Assembly (NCBI GenBank): GCA_032718475.1
Contig: JAUCBJ010001075.1
Span: 829-64,828 of the forward strand
Length of the DNA stretch: 64,000 bases
Origin: Nemertoderma westbladi
Taxonomy: Eukaryota; Animalia; Xenacoelomorpha
Reading direction: 5' to 3'
The translations under genes were made by a program, and so were the position numbers. How positions within the stretch are numbered: position 1 is the first letter of the stretch; each line of letters begins with the position of its first letter. The notes under the pieces are model-generated. The model searched no databases, was not told the DNA's origin, and saw only the letters and a list, made by a program, of their open reading frames with translations. Shown one piece after another: positions 50,152-61,559 of this stretch.

Positions 50152-51681
50152 TAGGTCCTGCGTCCTTAGATCCTGGGAGTTGTCGTAAGGTCGTGTAGAT
50201 CCTGGGAGTGATCGTAAGGTCCTGCGTCCTTAGATCCTGGGAGTGGTCGTAAGGTCGTGCGACATTAGGTCTTGCGTCCTTAGATCCTGGGAGTGGTCGT
50301 AAGGTCGTGCGACATTATGACCTGCGTCCTTAGATCCTGGGAGTGGTCGTAAGGTCGTGCGACATTAGGTCCTGTGTCCTTAGATCCTGGGAGTGGTCGT
50401 AAGGTCGTGCGACATTAGGTCCTGCGTCCTTAGATCCTGGGAGTGGTCGTAAGGTCCTGCGTCCTTAGATCCTGGGAGTGGTCGTGCGACATTAGGTCCT
50501 GCGTCCTTAGATCCTGGGAGTGGTCGTAAGGTCGTGCGACATTAGGTCCTGCGTCCTTAGATCCTGGGAGTGGTCGTAAGGTCGTGCGACATTAGGTCCT
50601 GAGTCCTTAAATCCTGGGAGTGGTCGTAAGGTCGTGCGACATTAGGTCCTGCGTCCTCAGATCCTGTGAGTGGTCGTAAGGTCGTGCGACATTAGGTCCT
50701 GCGTCCTTAGATCCTGGGAGTGGTCGTAAGGTCGTGCGACATTAGGTCCTGCTATCCTTAGATCCTGGGAGTGGTCGTAAGGTCGTGCGACATTAGGTCC
50801 TGCGTCCTTAGATCCTGGGAGTGGTCGTAAGGTCGTGCGACATTAGGTCCTGTGTCCTTAGATCCTGGGAGTGGTCGTAAGGTCGTGCGACATTAGGTCC
50901 TGCGTCCTTAGATCCTGGGAGTGGTCGTAAGGTCGTGCGACATTATGACCTGCGTCCTTCGATCCTGGGAGTGGTCGTAAGGTGGTGCGACATTAGGTCC
51001 TGCGTCCTTAGATCCTGGGAGTGGTCGTAAGGTCGTGCGAGATTAGGTCCTGCGTCCTTAGATCCTGGGAGTGGTCATTAGGTCCTGAGTCCTTAGATCC
51101 TGGGAGTGGTCGTAAGGTCCTGCGTCCTTAGATCCTGGGAGTGGTCGTAAGGTCCTGCGTCCTTAGATCCTGGGAGTGGTCGTAAGGTCGTGCGACATTA
51201 GGTCCTCCGTCCTTAGATCCTGGGAGTGGTCGTAAGGTCGTGCGACATTAGGTCCTGCGTCCTTAGATCCTGGGAGTGGTCGTAAGGTCCTGCGTCCTTA
51301 GATCCTGGGAGTGGTCGTAAGGTCGTGCGACATTAGGTCCTGCGTCCTTAGATCCTGGGAGTGGTCGTAAGGTCGTGCGACATTAGGTCCTGCGTCCTTA
51401 GATCCTGGGAGTGGTCATTAGGTCCTGAGTCCTTAGATCCTGGGAGTGGTCGTAAGGTCCTGTGTCCTTAGATCCTGGGAGTGGTCGTAAGGTCGTGCGA
51501 CATTAGGTCCTGCGTCCTTAGATCCTGGGAGTGGTCATTAGGTCCTGAGTCCTTAGATCCTGGGAGTGGTCATTAGGTCCTGAGTCCTTAGATCCTGGTA
51601 GTCGTCGTAAGGTCCTGCGTCCTTAGATCCTGGGAGTGGTCGTAAGGTCGTGCGACATTAGGTCCTGCGTCGTTAGGTCCT
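50152..51681. repeat. 50-bp (with 35-bp variant) minisatellite built from 15-20 bp subrepeats
   Basis: Unit TTAGGTCCTGCGTCC-TTAGATCCTGGGAGTGGTCG-TAAGGTCGTGCGACA. Confidence 0.95.
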
Positions 51682-52829
51682 ACATAATATAGTTGTTTTC
51701 TATTTACAATTGATTGCCAACAAAAGTTTTAAAATATGCCATTGACTCTCTTTACTCCTTTGCTGTTTAGGTTAGAATAACATGTCATTGTTTATCTTAA
51801 CGCAACAGAATATGACACCACAGGACTAATCTCGCAAGAATTAACGTCACATGGACTGGACCTAAAATCGCACCCAGGACTTAATGACGCGGAACTCTGA
51901 ATTGCGCCATTTCATGTCCGCCTTTTGCCGGTCATGTTTAATTTATTAATAGGCGAGTCAATCTAGCCGAAAAAAGGGGTCAACCCATAACAAGTTTGCA
52001 ATTCATCCAGACCAATTTGTTTTTATTCTACATTACCTTGTTAAATTCCCCCAAAAAAGTCTTAAAAAATATATTATGCGGATCACCTTCAATTTCCTGT
52101 TTCTTTCCTTAGCAACATGGATTTTACATAGCAACAAGGGGTCTATTAGTGGGATTTTCTCCAAATTTGGTACAGACAAACTTTACTCTAATGACTATCG
52201 ATTGACAGAAGTATGCACTTCTATATTGTTACCAATTTAGTTTCCAGAGCAACGGAAATTTGTCTAATAATTGAACCATTTTAAATACCAATTTTGCTGG
52301 TACAATACAGGGAGCTTATTTACGCAACTTCTCTACTAAACGGGTGGATGTAACCTCGCCCATCGGATTTATCGACCTCAAAAACCCTTATCCCCAAAAA
52401 ATGTATTTGTTATAAGATAAACTATTGTGGTTTTCAAACTAAAACAAATAAATAAATTACACCTAAAATCAATAGAGCAATCATAATTTAAGTATGTGAA
52501 AAATCTTCATTAACATTAATGGAAATTATGAAATTTCCTTGCAGTGGAATTGTATAATTTTTTTACAACAGTTAGCTTAATATATCGTGATGTTTTTGAT
52601 ATATTTAAAAATTTGATGCGACTTCTAGTTTCCGAGATATAGCAATTAATGTGTAACACGCCAGTGTAAATATTACTAATTTCACATTGAATCACAGCTT
52701 ATTGAAATTGATAAATTTATTTCCATCATATGGTAAAATTTGTGAACGATTAAAAAACAAACATGAACATTTGTTACTTTAAAAAAGCAAATTAAAAACG
52801 ATTTAGTGACATAAAAGTGAAGAGTTCCT

Positions 52830-53287
52830 TTACAAAGTATTTACAAAGGTGTAGATTCTGGAGCTGGGTTCGGTATTGCTTCGGCAGGGTGGAATTTTAC
52901 TACATGAGTTGTAATGCTCATCATGGCTAATTGCCGGATTACCGCATAACCAGCAAATACAACCGTCTCTTGGACGCCAGCATCGGGGGTCGCTGCAGAG
53001 TTTTTGGTGCCATCCGTTCGACACTAGCTGTGCTCCGGCCCGGCGGCTTTTTCCAGTAAGACATTGTAGGTCAACAGGGCAACTATTTGGATCATCTACT
53101 GCAAGCAGGGTGGCTGTTGACGAGGAATATCGGCTGATGCCACACCATAACTTCCAGTAGAAAGCGCTGAGTCGTTGAACATGGGAAGACCCTGCACTTG
53201 ATCGTTGTCTACAAAGATACAGCATCCGTATGTGATAGCGGGTAAAATTATAGATCGCCACAGACGGTGTGCTGAGTCTTTCGACAT
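52830..53287 (-). pseudogene. Probable 3' remnant of a non-LTR retrotransposon ORF with a Cys-rich tail
   Basis: RLWRSIILPAITYGC resembles the post-RT thumb motif; after a frameshift FYWKLWCGISRY and HQKLCSDPRC..CICWLCG..HYNSC. Confidence 0.45.
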
Positions 53288-53631
53288 CAGTCTTAGGTCA
53301 CAATCTCAGCTTATTGTGAAATTAATTAATTAATTCTGGAACATCACCAATTTGCGACTTACTTTTCCCTACTGTTCCTTTTGTTTAGCTTGTGTTATGC
53401 AAATTTACGTAGAATTTCCATGAATAAACATATTATCCGGAAAAAAATAATTTTTAGACTTTTTTTTGGTCATTTATAAGGTAATATAGAATCCAAAATG
53501 TGTGGTTCGGATTAATTGCGAAATACTTTAAATGTGTTTTTTGCTAGATTGACTCGACTATAATACAAAACATTCACTTTCGCAATGACCTGTTTTTTAT
53601 ATAGGCACCTATTAATTCGAATCACTAAAGA

Positions 53632-53775
53632 TAATGAAATTTTCACTAAAAATAATGAAATTGTCACTGAAAATTATGAAATTTTCACTGAAAATTATGA
53701 AATTTTCACTGAAAATTATGAAATTTTCACTGACAATTATGAAATTTTCACTGAAAATTATGAAATTTTCACTGA
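53632..53775. repeat. 21-bp tandem repeat (~7 copies)
   Basis: AAATTATGAAATTTTCACTGA repeated; adjacent ATCACTAAA motifs. Confidence 0.9.
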
Positions 53776-54321
53776 ATTTAATACCAAAATCACTAAAAAT
53801 GATCACTAATAACTAAATAATTCATTTATCACTAAAAAACATTGCAAACATCACTAAATATAATCGCTTATCACTATTAATCATTTATCACTGAAAAGAA
53901 CAACTTATTCACTAAATATAATTATTATTTTATTATAAATTTTTTTACCATCACTAAATATCATCAATTGTTAGGTACGGTATAATTTGAATTGCCTTGG
54001 CTGTCAGTTTGATTGTATCACGATAAGTTCCATGTGGTAGTACGACCTGCCGCTCAGGTTCCACCGCGATATGTCACTAGGGGCGAAAGGTTCCTGCTGG
54101 AGTATTAGATCCCTTAGAAGAAAGGATCAGGTTAGTAAAGGAGCAGGATGCTGTAGAGGCAGCGGTCGGGGAACCAAACCAATAAACGAAAGTTAACGTG
54201 CAGGTTAGTAAAGAGTTACAATAGCAAAAGTGGTACTTTCAGACTGCAGGTTTAAATCAGTAGCGTTACCTATTACTGCGATTGGGTGTTTATCTTATAT
54301 TCATATTTTAACAACATATTA

Positions 54322-55169
54322 CTACTACTACTACTACTAGGTCGAGCGAACTGGGACAGTGGAAATGAGATCCTTCCAGGCTTCCCGATTCTCCATAGTT
54401 GTTGCAATTTCGTTTCTCCCAAGTTCAGTATCCCTTTCAAGTTGATCTATATATGTTATGGCTGGTCGTCCACGACTACGCTTTCCATGAGTTGGTTGCC
54501 AGAAAAGTAGATCTGATATGACCTCGTCTTTACTTCGCCAGCAGTGCCCACTGAATCTTAATCTGTGTTCACGGAGGGTGGTTGATACAGGTGGTATTGT
54601 ACCATAAAGCTCGGCGTTTGTCATGTGTTGTCTCCAGCTGATGTTTAGGGCTGCCCTTAGTAGTCTTGTGTAGCAACCATCAATTCGTTGTTCAAGTGAT
54701 TTAGTCAGTGTCCAGTCCAGGTCTCACCCCCATATAAAAATACACTTTCCACTGTGGCTCGAAAGAACTTAGTCTTCAGGTGCCTGGAGAGATCTGATTT
54801 CCAGATGGTATCCATTTTTGATAGAGCTACCCATGCCTTTGCTTTCCTAACTTCTATGTCCTTTTTGCTACTCTCTATCCATGATCCAAGGTACTGGAAG
54901 TCATCGACCTTCCTTAGTTGATTATTATCAATGGTTGTCAAGTTTCCATCAACATTAAAGGTCATGAATTCGGTCTTGGTAGCATTTATATGCAATCCAA
55001 CCTCCTTAGCAGCCCTCTCCACTTTATTTAGTAGAAGCTGTGCATCTGCTAGGGTATTAGAGAGCCGCAAAGTCGGTGTCTGTGACTGTAGTTGCCGGAT
55101 ATCTACTACTTCTGCGTTCTTGAAGTGTGAATCCCAGGTCTTCACCCTTTGTGGCCGTCTTCATTGCTT
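54322..55169 (-). mobile_element. RTE LINE (family B), 5' truncated, with a 36-bp TSD
   Basis: FQYLGSWI, FFRATVESVFLYGGETW, RLRFSGHCWR, RSRGRPAITYID; (TAG)n tail; direct repeats 54286-54321 and 55170-55205. Confidence 0.92.
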
Positions 55170-55308
55170 GTGTTTATCTTATATTCATATTTTAACAACA
55201 TATTAACATCACAAAAAATAATTAAAATTGTAAAAATAATTAAAATTATAAACCTTCAACTATTTACACAAGGTTGCATCTATTGTAACGGTAGCCATGA
55301 CAACTAAC

Positions 55309-55995
55309 CTTTTCATAACTATCCATAATGGATGAGGTTTCCGATCTATCGTCCTCGTCCACTAACGGCACCATCTCAGCGTTGCCTAGCGACCTCCGCT
55401 TCCCGCTGCTGATTGGCTGCTCTCTGCCGGTCTCCGGGGCGACTGCGTCCCCAGCTATCCGCCAGCCGTCCACCAGGAAGGCGACCCCGATCACCGGCTC
55501 CTCGCACAACGGCCCCGAGACCGCGGCCAACTGGAACCCGTTAACCACGCTGTTGTCCAGCTCACGGAAGAGCAACCCGTCGTCATGGGAATCGGGCCAC
55601 ACGCTCGGTCTCTGGTAGTCCGGCATCGCGTTAACCAGTAGGTTGGGACCGCAGCCGCGGGGACCGAATGACCAGATCCTGGAGACTACATCCGGTCCCC
55701 AAGGCAACGGGGAGGTCCGGAAGGCCTCGACAATTGAACCACGTAGGTTTAGGATTTTCTCCAGCGTGGCAGCGTTTAGTTGCGTCTCCTCGTTCCGTTT
55801 GAGTCTTTGGTTGACGCCGTGCGGCAGATTGCGGTCCAGCGCCTTCAGAGTGTCGGCGTTGTCGCTTAGTAACCGAGTTACGTCATCGGGAAGAGGCATG
55901 GCGCGCATCTGTAGGGAGCACTGTTTGTTGGGAGTTTGTATTGTTATGACGCCTTCCGGTAGTGGATTAGCCATCGGTTCTGTTTCTGTCGGTAT
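55309..55995 (-). CDS. EFL1: EFL1 exon (domain IV)
   Basis: ttatccacag|ATA..AAG|gttagt, 229 codons; TPNKQCSLQMRAMPLP, IWSFGPRGCGPNLLVN, SVVNGFQLAAVSGPLCEEPVIGVAF. Confidence 0.95.
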
Positions 55996-56079
55996 CTGTG
56001 GATAATGGTAGATCAGCATTACGGTGAATATAAGAATATATTATTAGCTATTAATAGCTTATTGGACTGTTATATGTCG

Positions 56080-56285
56080 CAATATAACAATCCAATGCCA
56101 GCGACAATTACTTCTGGTATTCCATAAACTCTTAGGATTTCAAGCATTTTGCCTCTATGGATGGAGTCGAATGCCACAAAAGTCATGACTGCGGGGAGAT
56201 TCTTTGTCTTAATTCCCCCAATCAGTCTCCGAAGTGCTATTGTTGATCTATTTGGTAGAAATCCGTTTTGGCTCTTACTGTACCC
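56080..56285 (-). mobile_element. Short RTE family B fragment
   Basis: Matches ~60638-60850 (region around AFDSIHRGKMLEIL). Confidence 0.75.
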
Positions 56286-56919
56286 TGACTCTAAGTCGGG
56301 CTGGGCTGGCTTTCCTCTACTTCCTTACCCAATGGAAATGTTGTTGTTATAATCTAATATTGGGGCGGTTTCCTCTCGGTTGATCCATGAGCACATGAAC
56401 TGAAAAATAAAGATGAAATACCTTATAACCCGATGATACTTGCAGGTTAATTAGTAATAGGGCAGTTTTTCTAATGTTGGCCCAACTTTTCTTATAAATC
56501 GTCAAAAGCCAATCACAGTCAAGAATTAATTCGAACGATTCTTATTGGTTGTAGCCATTAATTTGGTTGCAATGGGTTGCTTTGAAGAGTAAACAATTCC
56601 TACTTCAAAACAGCTGATCCTTCAAACTGTCTGGCGTTTGCGGTAGGCTAAATTAAACACGTCCAAACCAAAGGAATATTAGAAATACAGAAATATAGGA
56701 TAAACCAATATTATTTACTCTTTCAAGAAATACTACTAACGAGATTTCTAATACGAATAACACCCACCCATGACATAACACATACCGGAAATACAAAGTA
56801 AAGTAAAGTTATTGGTTAAATGTGAAACACGAATCTACCATAGGAACAGCCCTGAAGGCTCTTTATTAATGGATTCTATGTAAAACAACTCGAACTCCTA
56901 AGGTTCAATCTAAATATCA

Positions 56920-57921
56920 ATGGCTACATTCTCCACTCGCAACAGTACTAATGTATGGGTAGAAGAAATTGAAGGAAAAGCTAACGAAGAATTTACAAAG
57001 AATCAAAGCGCATTTCCAGATGGATTCGTTAGATACCAACCGAGTGGACAAGTTCTCCCCAGAATATTCACAACAGAATATCAACAAAAAATATTTGAAT
57101 TTCCTGTTCTAGAGGACGACGTCTGGATTTGTACCTTTCTAAAATGCGGCACAACTTGGACGCAAGAAATGGCTTGGTGTATCATGAATGACGTTAATAT
57201 CGAACTTGCCAAGAAGGTTGACTTAGAGAGAAGAGTACCCTATTTGGAATTTTCCAAAATAATTACTGACGAAATATTCATGAAGTATATTAATGGAAGC
57301 ATGCATGAAGAAAACGATACGAGAATATATACATCTTCGATAGAATTAACGGAATCAAAATCTTCACCTAGAGTTATTAAAACCCACATGTCCATAGATA
57401 TGCTTCCTTATGAGATTGGAGAAAAGCAACCCAAAATCATTCACGTTATACGCAATCCCAGAGACACTTGTGTGTCTCTGTTTTACCATTGGAAGTTGGT
57501 GGCTGGTTACACTGGATCCTGGGACGCCTTCTTCAACGCATTCGTCAATGATGTTTGCGGCTACTATACTCCAGCTTTACAGCATTATCTTGGATATTGG
57601 AGAATTCGAGACAGAGAAAATGTGTTGCTTCTTAGGTTTGAAGATATGAAGGGAGATCTTGTAGGTTCCATCAAGAAAACAGCTGATTTTCTTGGGAAAT
57701 CTCTAACTGAAGAACAGATCGTTACCTTGGAAGATCATCTAACATTCAAAAGCATGAAAGCTAATGTAGCTGTTAATAAATATATTGGTGAGGGCAAGTT
57801 TATAAGGAAAGGAGAAATCGGAGATTGGAAGAATCACTTTAGTATTGAACAGATTGCGACAATGGATCAGTGGGAGAAAGAAAACTTGGAAGGAACTGGG
57901 TTGGAGTTCGTTTATGATTGA
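56920..57921 (+). CDS. Cytosolic sulfotransferase (SULT1-like), intronless, 333 aa
   Basis: DDVWICTFLKCGTTWTQE (5'-PSB loop), RVPYLE, PRVIKTH, RNPRDTCVS (3'-PB), FEDMK, FIRKGEIGDWKNHF. Confidence 0.93.
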   Translation: MATFSTRNSTNVWVEEIEGKANEEFTKNQSAFPDGFVRYQPSGQVLPRIFTTEYQQKIFEFPVLEDDVWICTFLKCGTTWTQEMAWCIMNDVNIELAKKVDLERRVPYLEFSKIITDEIFMKYINGSMHEENDTRIYTSSIELTESKSSPRVIKTHMSIDMLPYEIGEKQPKIIHVIRNPRDTCVSLFYHWKLVAGYTGSWDAFFNAFVNDVCGYYTPALQHYLGYWRIRDRENVLLLRFEDMKGDLVGSIKKTADFLGKSLTEEQIVTLEDHLTFKSMKANVAVNKYIGEGKFIRKGEIGDWKNHFSIEQIATMDQWEKENLEGTGLEFVYD

Positions 57922-58330
57922 ATGAGATACAATTTAGGAAATACAATTGAAGTGTTAGTTATTCGCGGTTCACATTCAACAATGCACCATTCTCCATAAG
58001 AAATCAAATTAGAAAATCAAAATTTATTCCCATACAAATAAAGTGTCCCCAAAATTAGCCGTCGTATCTATAATATCTTATGAATTCTTATAAGTATCTC
58101 ACAGTAAATATCTCTAACAATAATATTAAGAATAAAAAATTAGATGGCCAAATTAAATTTTTCATGAATCTATTTTTTTTTTACTTTTTTAGAAATTACT
58201 AACTAACTTTCATAACTAATAGTTCTAATAGTATAGAATTAGGTAAAAAAATCATAAAAAAAATGGATTATCGGAATTTAGCAAGGCATTTGGATGAAGC
58301 GAGCAGCATTGTGAAATGAAAAACTGATTA

Positions 58331-58407
58331 CAGCGCCACTGGGAGTCGAACCCAGGTCTCCCGTACCGTTAACATGACAAGTATTCTTACCACTAAACTA
58401 CAGCGCC
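58331..58407 (-). tRNA. tRNA-like sequence (pseudogene, SINE head or atypical Pol III RNA) with an enlarged anticodon loop
   Basis: GGCGCTG-TA-GTTTAGTGGTAAGAA..CTGGGTTCGACTCCCAG-TGGCGCT-G: acceptor stem, A box, B box/T arm; TTTTT 7 nt downstream; anticodon loop 12 nt. Confidence 0.55.
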
Positions 58408-58785
58408 CATGGAAGATTCAGAGATATTTCACAATGCTACTCCCATTCAGCTTCGTAACGGTAGTTGTCGAATACACACATTGCAGGTGGTTTTTAAAAT
58501 GTACTCTCGCTAAATTCCGAAGTATTCGAAGTTTCGTATTTCCTAAAAATTACATTTATATCGTAGCCTGCCTATGCAGTGGAGTGTGGACCTGGACATG
58601 CCTTTCAAAAAATACCCGAGGGAGTAAAACTGCTTGTAGGAGTATAATAGCAGTTTTTTTGGGTAATTTCAAGTGTTCGTGAAATAATTAAAATAATTAA
58701 TATCGCTGTCGTTTTTATAATGAGTGTAGTGTTGTTGTATTATTTAAAATATAAATTGTATCACATATAATAGATACACACCCCC

Positions 58786-60960
58786 TACTACTACTACTAC
58801 GTCGAGCGAATTCGGACATGTTATAAAAGGCCGGTCGTCAACGACTACGCTTTCCAATGAGTTGGTTGCCAGAAAAGTAGATCTGGTATGACCTCGTCTT
58901 TACTTCGCCAGCAGTGCCCACTGAATCTTAATCTGCGTTCACGGAGGGTGGTTGATACAGGTGGTATTGTACCATAAAGCTCGGCGTTTGTCATGTGTTG
59001 TCTCCAGCTGTTCTTGTTCATAATTGTTGTTGACTATGTTCTACGCATGTCCTTAGATCATCATAATGATGATGGGGTGATGATAACTCCACCTACTGGC
59101 TCCAGAAGTCGAGGAAATCCTGCCAAGTACCTAACTGATCTAGACTTTGCTGATGACTTAGGAGTACTCTCAGAATCACTAGAGGGAGCCCAACGGCTCC
59201 TCAGCTCATTAGAACATGTTGCTTCTAGTGTTGGTCTTTTTATTAACTCCAGAAAGACCAAAATTTTGACAGTTAACTTTGAAAGTCCTCAGCAAGTCTC
59301 TGATCGGATGAGCATAAGCTCAAAAGATGGTATGCTTGAGCATGTGGATGACTTCTGTTACCTGGGATCATGGATCCGGAATTCAGGTGAGGACCTTCGA
59401 ATACGTAAGGGAAAGGCATGGGCAGCCTTGAATAGGCTTTCCAGGATTTGGAAGTCACCGAGAATTAATCGGAAACTTAAGGTCCGATTATTTAGAGCAG
59501 CAGTAGTTCCAGTACTTCTCTATGGGAGTCCATGCTGGGCTCTAACTGCTGAGTACACCAAATCTCTGGATGGCACATTCACAAGAATGCTACTCCGGGT
59601 TCATTGTGTCAAGTACAATGCACACATCTCCAACCAGACACTATATAACATTGGAGGTGTCTCATTGGTTCCCCCAAGCTTGACACTAGAACAAAATCGC
59701 CTCCGCTTTGCAGGACATTGCTTTCGCCGTGAGGGCCAGCCAGTGCATAATCTTGTACTTTGGCAGCCTCATGGAGTGAATAAGCATGGTGGACAGCCCA
59801 TGACTTTCTTGAGACGCATCTTAAAGGACACTGGCCTTGAAGATGCGGATGATCTAGCAAATGTCAAGGGTGATAGGGAGTTGTGGTGGTGCAATTTTGT
59901 CGATAAGCCGGCACAGCATTCTTTAAAATGCAGCTGCAATGCAGCATGCCGATCCTAGTAGTACTAGTAGTAGTCTCCAGCTGATGTTTAGGGCTGCCCT
60001 TAGTAGTCTTGTGTAGCAACCATCAATTCGTTGTTCAAGTGATTTAGTCAGTGTCCAGGTCTCACCCCCGTATAAAAATACATTTTCCACTGTGGCTCGA
60101 AAGAACTTAGTCTTCAGGTGCCTGGAGAGATCTGATTTCCAGATGGTATCCATTTTTGATAGTTCTACCCAAGCCTTTGCGTTCATAACTTATATGTCCT
60201 TTTTGCTACTCTCTATCCATGATCCAAGGTACTGGAAGTCGTCGACCTTCCTTAGTTGATTATTATCAATGGTTGTCAAGTTTCCATCAACATTAAAGGT
60301 CATGAATTCGGTCTTGGTAGCATTTATATGCAATCCAACCTCCTTAGCAGCCCTATCCACTTTATTTAGTAGAAGCTGTGCATCTGCTAGCGTATTAGAG
60401 AGCAGGGCGATGTCATCCGCGAAGTCGGTGTCTGTGACTGTAGTTGCCGGATATCTACTACTTCTGCGTTCTTGAAGTGTGAATCCCAGATCTTCACCCT
60501 TTGTGGCCGTCCTCGTTGCGTAATCCAGCACAATTACAAATAGTAATGGTGCTAATGTGTCACCTTGCAGTACGCCAGCCAGGATTGAGAAAAACTCAGT
60601 TTCACCATCTGGTGAGAGTACCTGCGCTTCTGTGTCACAATATAACAATCCAATGCCAGCAACAATTACTTCTGGTATTCCATAAGCTCTTAGGATTTCA
60701 AGCATTTTGCCTCTATGTATGGAGTCAAATGCCACAAAAGTCATGACTGCGGGGAGATTCTTTGACTTAATTACTTCAATCAGTCTCCGTAGTGCAAGTA
60801 TCTGAGCTATTGTTGTTGATCTACTTGGTCGAAATCCGTTTTGGCTCTTACGCAGTAGTTTCTATATGTGAGGTCTAATTCTATATAGAATCATTTTGTT
60901 GTATATTTTGGCAGCTACCACCCACAAGCAGACAGATCCCACGATAGTTTGTTGGTAACT
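58786..60960 (-). mobile_element. RTE LINE (family B) interrupted by a family A copy
   Basis: AFDSIHRGKM, GVLQGDTLAP, DTDFADDIALL, FQYLGSWI; the 3' end with (GTA)n tail at ~58786-59010 is separated from the rest by the insertion. Confidence 0.9.
59011..59972 (+). mobile_element. RTE LINE (family A), 5' truncated, inserted in the family B copy
   Basis: LTDLDFADDLG, FCYLGSWI, RLRFAGHCFR; (TAG)n tail; TSD GTCTCCAGCTG at 59000-59010 and 59973-59983. Confidence 0.93.
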
Positions 60961-61289
60961 TACTCACGTTATGAAAACAGAGCCGGATCACTGCCGCACA
61001 ATTAAAAAAAATGTATTTCACTATTATCATTAATCAAAATGTCTCCTGGCGGAGAGACCATTATCATAGAGGGCGCCCTGCATCGAATCAGTAAAACCCT
61101 TTAGATACCATCATTTCTTATCACCATAACACTCTAACCACATACAATTTAAAATATATCAGATACAATACAAATTAAATAAGTGAATATTTGCGTTTCC
61201 CAAAAATAAAAAGTATGATAGCACTATATGATCAGGTTTACCATTAATTAATTACATAGCATGTGAATAATTTACAGATTCGCACTAAC

Positions 61290-61514
61290 AGTTTGTCCGG
61301 GTATTTGAGTGTAAGTAGTGTTGACACCGGTGATTAGTTGGTTCACCATATCGACTCTAGGTGGCGTTATAATCGTTTCACGGAACGGAACCATCGGTGC
61401 CGACGGAACTATATCGATCTTAGCGAAACGTTCCCGCAGGTCTAGTAGACACCGCTCAAGATGCACCTCGCCAGCAGTAACAAGCACGTGTTCCCCGGTC
61501 TCTTGGACTAAAAC
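61290..61514 (-). CDS. EFL1: EFL1 exon (domain III/IV junction); upstream exons lie outside the window
   Basis: attttag|GTT..ACT|gttagt, 75 codons; [48 protein letters not shown]. Confidence 0.94.
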
Positions 61515-61559
61515 CTAAAATATCACGAAAATGTTTATATATTACATTTTGAGTGTATT

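Noticed and set aside
41938-51681. CRISPR-like arrays
   Set aside because: Units are contiguous with no unique spacers, there are no cas genes, and the context is eukaryotic.
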